Below, piece by piece: positions 17,015 to 29,698 of a stretch of 32,191 bases of DNA. Below the pieces are notes generated by a model. That model was not told the origin of the DNA and made no database searches. It saw nothing but the letters and a program-made list of their open reading frames with translations. Position numbers and translations under genes: made by a program. The DNA lies in the NCBI GenBank assembly GCA_001724245.1, contig MEDX01000101.1, positions 1 to 32,191 of the forward strand. The letters are read 5' to 3'. The number at the start of each line of letters is the position of its first letter. Position 1 is the first letter of the stretch. The DNA comes from Fonticula-like sp. SCN 57-25. Its lineage: Eukaryota.

Positions 17015-18178
17015 ATGGAGGCTGCTTTGAGTCGGCTTGAAGAGGCCGTCGAGGCGCATCTTGTTGACCTTGAGCGTGCCGAGATTGAGCGTCTCAAGGA
17101 TGGCGCTGATGACAGTGTCTTGTCGGGCGATGATGATGTTCTTCCTCCCGAGAACCGTTCTCAGCACCTTGCTCGTCTCGGTGATCAGCTTTCGCGCACG
17201 GCCGTCCAGATGACGCTGCTACACAATTCTGTTGCATCTGGCGAAGCATCGCCCTCTTCCGTGTCGCCGTCCATGACATCGCTCGCGACCGACATGCTGA
17301 ATCACGCTGCGCATCTCGCCAAGCTCACTCTCGGCGCGCGCGTGAGCCACGATGGCGCGTGCTACACGCGCGCCATCCACCGCGCCAGCGAGGCCGTTCT
17401 CGAATCGACGCGCGATCTCGCCCTCACCCTGAACGGCCGCACCGGCGCGGTCAATCCCGCCAATGGCGCGCGTTCCTACTTTCTCGACGCGACGCACTCT
17501 TCGCGCACCAGCCGCGCTCTGATGACCACCGGGATGACGTGGGATGCCGCGAATGCCCTCAAGTCTCTTCCCGCCAACAATGGCGCGGCCGTCCAGCGCG
17601 AGATCGACTCTTGCATCTACATGCTGCAGGATGCGCTCGACGAGCTCAAGGACGCGATCGCCGTCGCCCGCGAGTCGAACGCGTCGGGCGAGTCTTCCGA
17701 GGACGCCCCGGACGCGCACGCGATCCCCGATGACGATGACGATGACGCATTCCGATCGACCGCCGGCGGCGCCGATCTCCCGACGCTCATCCTCGCGCGC
17801 GCCGTGATCAACGTGTGCCAACTTTTGCTCCGCAAGACGTCTGTCCGCGTCGCCCCGCTCGCAGAAAACTCGAGCGAAGGGATCGCGTGGGCCGATTCGC
17901 TCGCCGCCATCGCGCGCGATCTGAGCGCCGCGAGCGACGACGTTGCTGTCGCGGTCGATCCGCTCGACGTCGAAGAACTTCGCGTGGCGGCGACGGCGCT
18001 GCTCAGCAACGGAAACTTGCTCGCTGAAAAGGCGCTGCTTTTCGCCGACGAAGAGAGCCGCGCGTGGTTTGCAAAGTGCGCCGACAAGTTGCAGACGGAC
18101 GCCAACGCGCTGTTTTTGCTTATTGGGGAGGGTGGCGATGCCGACGTCAAGGCAGCGGCGGCGGCGCCCAATAGGTAA
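17015..18178 (+). CDS. CCNDBP1: GCIP / cyclin-D1-binding protein 1-like, 387 aa, intronless
   Basis: TGMTWDAANALKSLPANNGAAV......MLQDALDELKDA followed by an acidic DDDDD tract and helical C-terminus (SAASDDVA) matches the GCIP family layout as I recall it. Confidence 0.72.
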   Translation: MEAALSRLEEAVEAHLVDLERAEIERLKDGADDSVLSGDDDVLPPENRSQHLARLGDQLSRTAVQMTLLHNSVASGEASPSSVSPSMTSLATDMLNHAAHLAKLTLGARVSHDGACYTRAIHRASEAVLESTRDLALTLNGRTGAVNPANGARSYFLDATHSSRTSRALMTTGMTWDAANALKSLPANNGAAVQREIDSCIYMLQDALDELKDAIAVARESNASGESSEDAPDAHAIPDDDDDDAFRSTAGGADLPTLILARAVINVCQLLLRKTSVRVAPLAENSSEGIAWADSLAAIARDLSAASDDVAVAVDPLDVEELRVAATALLSNGNLLAEKALLFADEESRAWFAKCADKLQTDANALFLLIGEGGDADVKAAAAAPNR

Positions 18179-18436
18179 AAGTAGGCTTGTTTTGCGTTGT
18201 TAAATATTGTTACGGCATTTCAGTGCGGCATGTACTCGTATGCATGTATATTTTTCTTTATGTGTGTGTGCATATGGTGTGGGATTATGATTGGGAACAT
18301 ACTTGTTTCTAGAATTGCTTTGTATCCCAAATAATAAACATTATCATTTCAGCTGAAATTTCCATCTTTGCTGGCCTCTATTGACTATATTTCGACACAA
18401 AACACGTGAAAATTCCCTTTCATTTCGCGCCACTTT

Positions 18437-19631
18437 CTAGTACGCCTGCGACGCCGCCTCCGCTCCACCAATCAGCGCGTTCTTTTCCACATCCTTGCGC
18501 GACGGGTTCTTGCCGCCGTTCGTCTTGTAGTACCTAAACACCATGACGAGGAGGAAGCCCGACGCGAGCGCGATGAGCCCCCACAGCAGCGCCGACGACA
18601 AAAACATAATCCCCCACGTGGCCCCGACGTCCTCGTTTCCGAATGCGTTGATCATGGAGATGATGCCGCCGTTGTTGAAAAAGATGCCGACAAAGCAGAG
18701 GATCATGACGATCGTGTGGATGGTAAAGTGGAAAAAGAACCACCAGTACTGCATGCTGGGCGTCGCGCCTTCGATGCGCGCCGCGTTGTAGATGGCGCGG
18801 TACCAGAAGAAGAGGGAAAAGGACGGGCCGGTGAGGACGAGGACAAACTGCCAGACAAAGGCCATGACAGAGTTGTTCTGGACCTGATCAGAGACGCCGG
18901 CGGTGAAGGCGATCAGGACGAGAAGGAAATTCCAGATGTACGAGACGGCGGTGCACATCCAGAGAATGTAGGCGGAGCGGACGTGCTTGCGCCGCGTCTC
19001 GTCGAGAATGTCGGCGGGGATGTCGTGGTACATGACGGGGTAGAAGCGAGGCCAGTTGGCCTTGCGGATCGTCACATCTATTTCGTCGACTTTGGCGCCA
19101 AGAGTGTCAATAAGCTCGTTTTTTTGCTCAAGCTCGCGCTCGCGGCGCTTCAATTCGGCGCGCTGAGGGGATCGGGTCAGTAAAGATCACGGTAAAACGG
19201 GGATCGCGGCGTACAAGCTGCTCGACGGTGTGGAGATCGTCGGCGACAGAGGTAAACTTGGGCGCCTTGGCGGGGGCGGCGGCGGGCGCGCCGCCACGGT
19301 GCTCGTCGATGCCGCCGCCGGGGCGGCAGGCGTGGTCGAGTAGGTGTTGGCGTAGGCGCCGCCGTACGAGGAGGTAGTGGAGGGGTTCACGGGCGTAGAC
19401 GAGTAGTCCGAGTCGCCAAAGGGGTTGGCAGTGTCGGCGGCAGCGTACGAGGAAGTGTACGTGTTGCTGTACGCGCCGGCAGAGGTCGATGCGTACGTGT
19501 TACCGCCGTAGCTGGTCGTACCCGCGCCGCCATCATAATCGGCCTGAGAGAGCACCGATATACATTAGAAAAGAGAGAAAAACAACGACTAAAGAGCGTA
19601 CGGCGAAAGGATTCACTTCCGCTTCATCCAT
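18437..19631 (-). CDS. SCAMP: Secretory carrier membrane protein; introns 19544-19601 and 19163-19214; apparent 1-nt frameshift near 19290
   Basis: N-terminal NPF motifs (VNPFA, ANPFG), coiled coil ELKRREREL, NWPRFYPVMYHDIPADI, four hydrophobic segments and FFWYRAIYNA. The spliced length of 1085 nt is not a multiple of 3. Confidence 0.88.
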
Positions 19632-19839
19632 GGTTGCACGGTCTTTCCCTAATCAAGCAAGGGAAAGTGAGGCTGCACGCGATGTCGACCGCCGCTGTCC
19701 CCAAACACAACGCGCTAAAAGTGGGGTTCTCCCCCGAGTCTGCCCCAGACTTGTAACCGCTCTGATTCTGTTCTGATTTCGTCTGATTTCCGACTGATTC
19801 TCGAGGCAATTGCATCGGCGCGCAACTCGAGATCTTGGC

Positions 19840-20988
19840 ATGGCGACGCCGCCGCCGCCGCTTCCCCCCGGCTGGGTGCTTGATCAGGTTGTCCTGCTGC
19901 ACCGCCATGGCGAGCGCAGCCCAGTGATGGAGCCCTTCCCCGATTTCCCCTTTGTCCGCTCTGATGGCGTGCGCCTCTGCACGCGATCCGACATTTCGCG
20001 GCTTCGCGCGGGCAATGGCGCGTACCTCGTTCGCTACGAGGATCGCGAGCTGGAGGATGGCCGCTGCGCCGCCGTGCAGCTGACGGACAAGGGCGCCGCC
20101 ACGATGGAGATGTTTGGGCGGCGCCTGCGCGCCCACTATGGAAATCAGGTCCCCATGACGTACGGCGGCAGCGCCGTCCAGGTCCGCAGCACCGAGATCG
20201 CGCGCGCCGTCTACTCGTCCATGTCGCTTCTCCGCGGCCTCTTTTCCGACATTTCTTCGCCCATCCGGATAGACGTGCGCGAGGAGCGCAGCGAGTACCT
20301 CTACCCCAATTTCCGCACGTGCCCCCGCTTCACGCATCTGACCAAGCAGCGCGTCAAGGCCAACCGCGATGCCAACGCCACCGAGGAAGCCGCCGTGCGC
20401 CGCATCCTCGCCCCGTACATCAACGCCAACATGCACGTCGGCATGCACGCGCTCTACGACGCCGTCGAGTGCGGCCGATCGCACAACGTTCCCGTCCCGC
20501 CCGTCGTCGATGATGCGCTCGTCGCTCGCCTCGAGCATCTCGCGACGCGCGAAACCTGGGGCCACTTTCACGACGACCCGCAGCTCTGCCGCCTCGGCTC
20601 GGCCAAGCTGCTCTCGTCCATCGCCGACGACGTGCGCGACCGCGCGCTCGGCGGGCCCGTGCAGCTCGCGCTCTACTCGGCGCACGACTCGTCCATCGTC
20701 GCGCTCATTGGCTCATTCGATATCAAGGACCGCACGTGGCCGCCTTTTGCGTCGTCGCTCGCCTTTGAAGTCATGCACAAGGAAAGTGCTGCGGGGCCGA
20801 CGGCGGCGAAAAAGGAGGCCAAAAAGGAGGCGGTTGTGCGTCTTTCGTTTGATGGAAAGACGCTTGTCATGCCAGAGTGCGGCGCGTATGCTGACGCGGC
20901 GACGCCAGAGCTGTGCCCAATCCAGCCATTTTTGAAGATTATGCAAGGTATGGTGCCAAAGGATTTGCACGCTGCATGTGCAATGTAA
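19840..20988 (+). CDS. Histidine acid phosphatase (branch 2, ACP6/lysosomal acid phosphatase-like), 382 aa, intronless
   Basis: VVLLHRHGERSP (RHGxRxP), QLT.KG, VRST..RA..S, LYPN...CPRF, LYSAHDSSI (HD motif) and WPPFAS.L.FE. Confidence 0.92.
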   Translation: MATPPPPLPPGWVLDQVVLLHRHGERSPVMEPFPDFPFVRSDGVRLCTRSDISRLRAGNGAYLVRYEDRELEDGRCAAVQLTDKGAATMEMFGRRLRAHYGNQVPMTYGGSAVQVRSTEIARAVYSSMSLLRGLFSDISSPIRIDVREERSEYLYPNFRTCPRFTHLTKQRVKANRDANATEEAAVRRILAPYINANMHVGMHALYDAVECGRSHNVPVPPVVDDALVARLEHLATRETWGHFHDDPQLCRLGSAKLLSSIADDVRDRALGGPVQLALYSAHDSSIVALIGSFDIKDRTWPPFASSLAFEVMHKESAAGPTAAKKEAKKEAVVRLSFDGKTLVMPECGAYADAATPELCPIQPFLKIMQGMVPKDLHAACAM

Positions 20989-21150
20989 TGTAAATTTAAT
21001 AATGTCAATACATGGAAATTACACTTGAAGTATATTAATTATGACATTTGCACCGCATAGGCAATGAAAAATTCATAATTAAATATGAATGCTGTCAATA
21101 CAAACATGGAAATTTCATCTGAATTTCATCTGAATTACAATGTATGTATC

Positions 21151-21186
21151 ATTAATTGTGACATTAATTGTGACATTAATTGTGAC
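21151..21186. repeat. Tandem 12-mer ATTAATTGTGAC x3 directly after the ZGRF1 stop codon
   Basis: Read directly. Confidence 0.8.
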
Positions 21187-21188
21187 TT

Positions 21189-24100
21189 TTATGTTGAATT
21201 CTGTTCGAAATCGCTTGATGGCGCGTCATATGAAAATGACCCTACTGCCGACATCTCCTCTTCAACAACCTCATTGGGCCGCCACGTGTCCAAGACGTCC
21301 ACGAGGACATCACCATTATAAAGCGCGCCCTTTTCGCGCATCAGACCCATAACACGCCGCCACGTGGCGCTCGTCTCGATTGCGTGACCACATGCAACAA
21401 GGATAAGATGACGTTTTGCGCGGGAAATTGCGACATTTACGCGACGCGCAGAGTCAACAAAGTCGTTTTGGCCGGCACGTGAGCGCACGCATGAAATTAT
21501 GATGACGTCACGTTCGGCGCCTTGGAAGGCGTCGACAGTCGAGACTTGTGGGAAGGAAGCTGATTGGGCAGATAATTGGTCTGATATCACTTTTGTTTGT
21601 GCTCGATCTAGGAAAGAATCAGTACATAAAAATACGTAAATAAGCAAAAAATATGCGTAAAAAGACACAAAAAAAGCAAAAAACATGCCTAAAAATACAC
21701 AAAAATACACAAAAATACACATGAACCTCCCAAAAAATCACCAAAAATCGTACATAAAGAGATGACACCGACACGGTCGTCTGAAATTCCGTTCTTTCTA
21801 AGCGCCTCAATAATCATGACAACGGCGCGCGCCTCATCAAAATTGCAAAAACTGTCGCCTTGCTTTCGCTCCTGCCCCTGATGAATGTCCACAAAGGAAA
21901 GTGCGGGCAGATTTGTAACGGCCGGCGGGCGATCATTGGCTTGTACGCCATGCTCAATTTGACCATTATAAAAGAGCGTATTCGATAGCTGCGCTATATC
22001 TGGGTGACACTACAAAAATTGATGTTAGAAAGACACATAAAAAGACACATAAAAAGGCACGAAATCATATAAAAAGACACATAAAAAGACACAGAATCAT
22101 ATACAATCATACAAAAATGCACATTAAAAACACATATATCTTTTCTTTTCGTACCCTATATTGAATCATGAGCTTTTGCACACTTGCACCTGCCTCATCC
22201 AATCTCTCAAAAAGCGTCCTTTCCAACCCCTTTACTCCACTTTCACCCCCCTTTTCACCCCCCGGCAATGTCGGCGGCAACTGAAGCGGGTCACCCACAG
22301 CAACAATCCCAGTCGGTTTAAATCTCACCGCAGGAACGACGCTCATTGGCTCAACCGCCTGGCTGCACTCGTCCAGTAAAAGGTAGCGACACGTGACGTC
22401 ATCAAGTGAGCGTGAGTTTGTGGACGCAAAGGTTGTTGCGATGAGAAAGGCGGCCGTGATTAGTGCGCGGCTGCGCTGCGATCGGAGTCGATCGAGAGCG
22501 GATTTTAGATATGGAATGTCGCCGGGCGGTAAATTATCAGACCGTAAAAGTTGCTGAATTTCCTTGATTTCTATCAAACTATTAGCGCAAATAAAGACAT
22601 AAAATGTACTAAAAATAGATAATAAAATAAATATACCTTCGTCGTTGTTGGACTGTTTGCTGCCGGCGACAAAGGGAAGAACGGGTCGGGCAATTCTCCG
22701 AATACTTCCGACGCGCACAAATTGCTCAAATCCCATGTCCAACAAGCACATCAGCACACGATCAACTATCAATCAACTTAATACATAATTAAATAGAAAA
22801 TATGGCCACGTACTGGCGACGTTTGTGACGGAAGCCAATGCGACTTTCATATCTTTATCGATCAGTTTTGCCACGCGATGCAGAAAGAGAACGATTGTGG
22901 CGACGAGCATTGACTTTCCCGCGCCAAACACGCCGTGAACGAGAAGGACGGGGTGATGAGGGCCGTTAGTTTGGGCGAGGCCACGTGCTACGTTGAAGAG
23001 AACGTCGCGCTGATGGGTGTTTAGCGAGTGTGTGTCAGCAATTGTGTGGGCAGTTGACATGACTTGTGAGGCTATCGAAGTTGGCTGAGCGCGAAGGGGT
23101 GTACTGTGAAAGTAGTTAGGAAAGTATTATGATAGAGTGTACGTACATGACGCCAGTTGCGATATATGACATAATAGGCGAATTTGCAATATCTGTATCA
23201 AGTGTATCTACATTCATATGTCAGTCAAAGTAAAAATTTCCTATTGTTCAGTACCGAGCATGAGAAATTCCGAGCTTGCGTCCGCGACACGAAGTGCGAT
23301 AATGCTGCTCATTCGCTCGAGTGTGGCCCATTGTTGGTCGCTCCCGGTGAGTGGCTTGAGCTCGACGCGGCCGTTACTGTCGGGGCCAAAAAAGGAGCTG
23401 CGCGCAAGTACGGCGTCTACCATGGTCGCGGTCGGCGCGAGTGCCCACAGGTCATCCTTGGCATAACTAAAACGGGCAAAAATGAGCTATAAAAAGGACT
23501 ATTAAATAGTTCATACTTGCTTGTGTGCATTTTGCGCTTGATTGTTGCGTGGTAAACGATGCCTTTGACCCACTTTTCGCGGCATCGAGCGAGCGTGCTG
23601 TCCACGTGAAGTGCGACGCCGCGCATGCGGCACGTGCGCTCATGCTCAGAGTTGAGTGGCTGGCCGACATTGCCGCCGTCAAGTCCAAGTGTAGAGTATA
23701 AAGTAATTGCGCTCTGAGCAAGTGCGACTTGTAAAAGTTCGGCGACGGCGGCAGAAAAGCAATCACGATAGGCGGCGACCGAGGCAAAAGTCGTCGGGAT
23801 TGCGGCTGTGCGCTGCGGTCGAGCTGACGCGCGCACCATTGGGGAGCCAAGCGAGGGAAAGAAAAGTGCCGCAGTGCATGAGGCAGAGTGTGGCGTCGGC
23901 AATGAAGCAGCAGATTTGCGTCTTGGGCGGTCGCCGTCGTCGTCATCGTCGCCGTCGTCGTCGCCTCTGCGATACCGCCCTTTTCTCATCTTGAACGCCA
24001 TCATTTTGCGCCGCTGTTTATGACGGCTCGTCTCATCTTCATCATCAATATCTTCGTCATAAACTGGTTTTCTCGCGGGAGCTTCATGGCGAGGCCGAGG

Positions 24101-24792
24101 TGGGTCCATGGGTGGCCTAATGGATAGAAGTGGTCGTTCATCGGGAGGCGGCGCAGCGACTGATGCAGAGTACTGCGCAAATACTTCGCAAAGAGAAAGC
24201 GACTGGGTAGACTCGCTCGGATTGGGCGGAGGCTCAACGGCGGGGGCGGGCTCGTCGCCGCCTTTCAGAAGCGCGAGCAGCTGTGCAGCTGGAACAAAAG
24301 TTAGAACCAAACATAAAATAAAAGAGGCGCACTTGAGCGAAGAGCCCCGGTGGGTGCTCTCGGTTGGTTTGGCTGTACTACTGGTCGAATTGGTACTTGA
24401 TGCAGCGTCAGCGAGCGGACGGGAACTACTGGCGACGGCAGAGCGGGTTGCGCGGGAAAAAAGGGCGACTGAGATGGTGGTCGCGACAAGCGCGTCCCGC
24501 GCGCAAGCCCGCCTCCAGGACGACGAAACCCAACAGATATTACTGGCGTCGAGGACGCCCGCGGTGCAGAAGGCGCGACAGGTTCGTCCAAGTCTATTAA
24601 GAATCGCTCCGTCTCGATTCGGCCGGGCTCGATGGCGGATGCCGGCGACCAGCTGTACAGCTCGCTCCCATTCTCATCAAGAAGCGTGGCGCGGCGCTCA
24701 CCCACACGAAGCCGCCCATCCTTGAACTTTTTCGTCTTTTGCGTGAGCTGCGTCGTGTACGTCACCTCATACTCGGACACGCCGTCGGCCAT
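21189..24792 (-). CDS. ZGRF1: ZGRF1-like protein (N-terminal DUF2439 + C-terminal UPF1-like SF1 helicase), 999 aa; introns 24289-24332, 23467-23516, 23193-23254, 23104-23146, 22766-22813, 22571-22636, 22010-22154, 21608-21753
   Basis: EYEVTYTTQLTQKTKKFKDGRL (DUF2439), YAKDDLW, HGVFGAGKS (Walker A as in ZGRF1), LLDECSQ, VGDPLQLPP, QYRCHP, STVDAFQGAERDVIIISCVR and RVNVAISRAKRHL. Spliced length exactly 3000 nt. Confidence 0.92.
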
Positions 24793-24826
24793 CGCCACCG
24801 TGCTGCCACCACGGCCCAGCGTCAAT

Positions 24827-24888
24827 TTTGAAAATTCCCGCCAAATCGCAATCGGGATTCAAATCGATCGCGATTATTATCACGTGAC
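24827..24888. promoter_or_regulatory. Candidate E2F site, CHR-like sites and E-box in the ZGRF1 / V-ATPase C bidirectional promoter
   Basis: TTCCCGCCAAA (reverse TTTGGCGGGAA) at 24835-24845; TTTGAA at 24827-24832; reverse TTTGAATCCC at 24854-24863; TCACGTGAC at 24880-24888. Confidence 0.45.
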
Positions 24889-25098
24889 TGGAAAACCTGC
24901 TCTTTTCCAAAATCGGTCTTTTGCCTTTCCCATTCGTGTTCCTCTCTTTTCGTGGTGGTCGACGGCCCGTTTTTCCTGCTTGATTCCAGGTTGCAGAGCC
25001 AGTACCTTTGGCATCTACAGGGAAGTGAGCGGGGATCTAGAAGGCCTTTTTCTGTTGTTTGATCTTTAGAGGACATCCATTTCAATTTTCTTTCTATA

Positions 25099-26695
25099 AT
25101 GTCGCAAAACAACACGTACTGGCTCATCGCCGTTCCGGGCGAAAACTCCAAGGAAGAGGTAAGTCTCCCGTCATTTATTTCTGCTTTCCCCGATACTTAC
25201 TCCTTTTCGTTTTTCCTTTAGACGTTTAACCGCGTCCGCAGCAAGACTGCTGAATTTGCCCAGTCGAGCCGCTTCGCGGTCCCCGAGCAGCTCAAGGTCG
25301 GCACGCTCGACGCCCTCATGCAGCTTTCGGACGACATGGGCAAGATGGACCAGGCCGTCGAGAGTACTCTCGGCAAGCTTGCGCAGTCGCTGAACATGCT
25401 TTTGGACAAGGAGAAGGAGCAGCTCGAGAGCCAGCTCACGGCCAATGCCGTCGATCTGCCAAAGTACATTACGACTTTCCAGTGGAACGAGGCCAAGTTC
25501 CCCGTCCGCAGCGGTGTCAAGGAGCTCGTAGACCTCATGTACAAGGTGCGTTTTCCTTTGTTTTATGGTTTTTTTGGGTATTAATATGTTGCGAGCAGCA
25601 AGTGTTTAGCATTGACAATGAGCTCAAGTCGAAAATGGCCGCGTTCACGTCGTCCAAGACGTCGCTCGCTTCCCTCGAGCGCAAGACTGGGTACGTTTTT
25701 CGCGGTGTTTTTCACAGAAACCGAGTTACTAATACGCTTGGAATTGCAGTGGCACGCTGATGGTCCGCAGCCTCGGCGACATTGTCAAGAAGGAGGCCTT
25801 CATCAACGATTCCGAGTACCTCATGACGGCGATGGTCGTCGTTCCCAAGTACGTTTCTCGGAACAAGCGCGGGAATGTGGGCATATTGTGGGATGCGTTG
25901 AAAAGTAGGACAATGTGACGCAGAGGATGACATTATTCCGTACCAGTCATAGGTTGCCTTTGAGTGCCTCTGAAAGATACCAGAAGGTCTGATGCTCACT
26001 GTCCCTTTTTCATTTTCTTTTGTTTGGTGTATTCTGATTGGCGGTTCTAACTGTTGATGCTAGGTCGTTGCAGAAGGAGTTCCTCTCGACCTACGAGGGC
26101 CTTTCACAGTTTGTTGTGCCGCGGTCAGCCGAGTACGCACTGCAATATGAAATTTGGGTTTTTTTGTCTAACAATTTTCTTTCTTTTTCCGCTCTTCAGG
26201 AAGGTTGCCGAGGACGCCGAGTTTCTGTTGTATGGCGTGACGCTTTTCAAGCGCATCTACGCCGACTTTAAGCAGGCTGCTCGCGAGCACAAGTTTATTG
26301 TGCGCGACTTTGCCTTTGATGAGAGCGAGATTGAAAAGGAGCGCTCTGAGCGCGACGCCCTCGGCGCCGACGTCAAGAAGCAGACGCTCATGCTCGTGCG
26401 CTGGATCAAGACCAACTTTTCCGAGGCCTTTGTCGCGTGGGTTCACATCAAGGCGCTGCGCACGTTTGTCGAGTCGGTATTGCGCTTTGGCCTGCCGGTC
26501 AACTTTGTGTCGTTCGCCGTGCTGCCGACAAAGAAGTCGGAGAAGAAGGTCCGCGACATTCTTGACTCGTCGTTTGCGCACCTGGTCGGCCGGGGAGGAA
26601 GCGAGACAATGGACGACCCCATGTTGATTCAGAGCGGGCAGTCCGAGTACTACCCTTACGTGTACTTTCCGCTCTCCCTCGATTTCATCAAGTAG
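25099..26695 (+). CDS. ATP6V1C: V-type H+-ATPase V1 subunit C, 379 aa; introns 25159-25221, 25546-25598, 25691-25749, 25849-26063, 26133-26199
   Basis: [89 protein letters not shown] and EYYPYV. Spliced length 1140 nt. Confidence 0.96.
25908..26004 (+). ncRNA. Candidate intronic box C/D snoRNA
   Basis: Box C-like AGGATGA at 25924-25930 and box D CTGA at 25989-25992. Terminal stem GGACA..GTGA.GCA / TGC TCAC TGTCC. The 11-nt TCCGTACCAGT (25937-25947) is antisense to the LSU rRNA segment ACUGGUACGGA, recalled from yeast 25S. Confidence 0.65.
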
Positions 26696-27101
26696 ATAGG
26701 ATGAGAGGATGGGCGAGAAGGGGAATTACCTCTTTTAATTCATTGTTTTTCTCTTTGTTCGGTGTGTGTGAGAATGTGCTGGCCGGCATGCGCTTGCCGC
26801 GCTTCTTTCGATCCGCTTTCCTCCTCACTCTAATAGACGGTCGCCGGGGATCAACTCGGCGGCTCTTTTAATCTTTGAATTCTTTCATTGTGACTCTTTA
26901 TTTCTTTATTCTCCTGCTCGCTCTTGGTGTTTTTTCATCAATCACATTCAGTAACGTAATAGATACTGCTCTTATGCCGAATTGAAAAGAAGTTGCAGCG
27001 GTTACTTAAAGAAAAAGTGTATTGTACAGCGAAAAGAAAGGCATGATGCAGATCAGGGCAAAACGGCAGTTGAGAAAGCTCATGCAAATTTGTGGCTAGA
27101 A

Positions 27102-27522
27102 TTAGGTTGAGAGGGCCGTCTGCATGTTGGCGATCATTGAGAGCGTGTGCGCCGTGTTGGCGGGCTGATGCCGCTCGACGGCGACGGCGCGGCTGAGATC
27201 GTCGAGCATCTCCTGGTTCTTGTTGAGGAGCGGCAGGCACGTGGCGAGGTACTCGGACTGAGCGGCGGTGACGGCGGCAGCGTCCTTGCGGAGCTGCTCG
27301 AGATCGCGCTGGAGGGCTTCGACGCGCAGGCGGGCCTTGAGGGGGTTGCTGTTGGGGCCCATCTTGCCGTCAAACCTGCGCAGGAATTGTGAGAAAAAAG
27401 AGGAAAAACAAAAAAAAAACGCACCGCTGTTCAAATTCAATTTCGAGCTTGTTGGCGACGTGCTGAAGGTCGCTGTCCGCCTGGCGGAAGCACATCTCCA
27501 GCTGCTGCACGGCAATCTCCAT
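27102..27522 (-). CDS. SKA2: Spindle and kinetochore-associated protein 2, 123 aa; intron 27376-27424
   Basis: MEIAVQQLEMCFRQADSDLQHVANKLEIEFE...NPLK...: the ME..V..LE..F..A.SDL....LE.E...NP pattern of SKA2. Spliced length 372 nt. Confidence 0.85.
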
Positions 27523-27544
27523 GGCGATGGTCGGGTCGGTCGTG

Positions 27545-27635
27545 TAACGGTTTGCGATTCGAAGTGAAAAACGACTCAAAAATCGACTCAGAAAACGCTG
27601 ACAGCGCATATATAATGCTCAAAGTGGGATTCAAA
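27545..27635. promoter_or_regulatory. Candidate MYB/MSA and CHR-like sites in the 155-bp SKA2 / SRP54 bidirectional promoter
   Basis: TAACGG at 27545-27550, TTCGAA at 27558-27563, and GGGATTCAAA (reverse TTTGAATCCC) at 27626-27635, identical to the ZGRF1 promoter 10-mer. Confidence 0.4.
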
Positions 27636-27677
27636 CCGACTTAGTGTGTCGTCGACGTCGATCCTCTTTCCGCAAAG

Positions 27678-29515
<1,838 letters not shown>

Positions 29516-29698
29516 GAGGATGCCGATGTTGTATAGTCAAGAGGTCAAATTACGAATAGAACTATTGAGAAATGAAAAGTATACTGTTTTCTATTTTACA
29601 CAAAAGAAGCATTGAAATACTGTTAAAACTTTTATTGCTTTGTGACATGGGTACACAAGAATGATAAGGAAAAGAAAGAAATGCTATGCACAATCATA

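Noticed and set aside
19624-20685. Long antisense ORF (353 aa); similar ones at 15630-16439, 13907-14656, 17219-17821 and 6290-7057
   Set aside because: Shadow frames of GC3-rich genes on the opposite strand, with no recognisable motifs.
26776-26865. GC-rich hairpins in the V-ATPase C / SKA2 convergent gap
   Set aside because: Short imperfect stems with no tRNA, snoRNA or SECIS hallmarks; compatible with ordinary 3'-UTR sequence.
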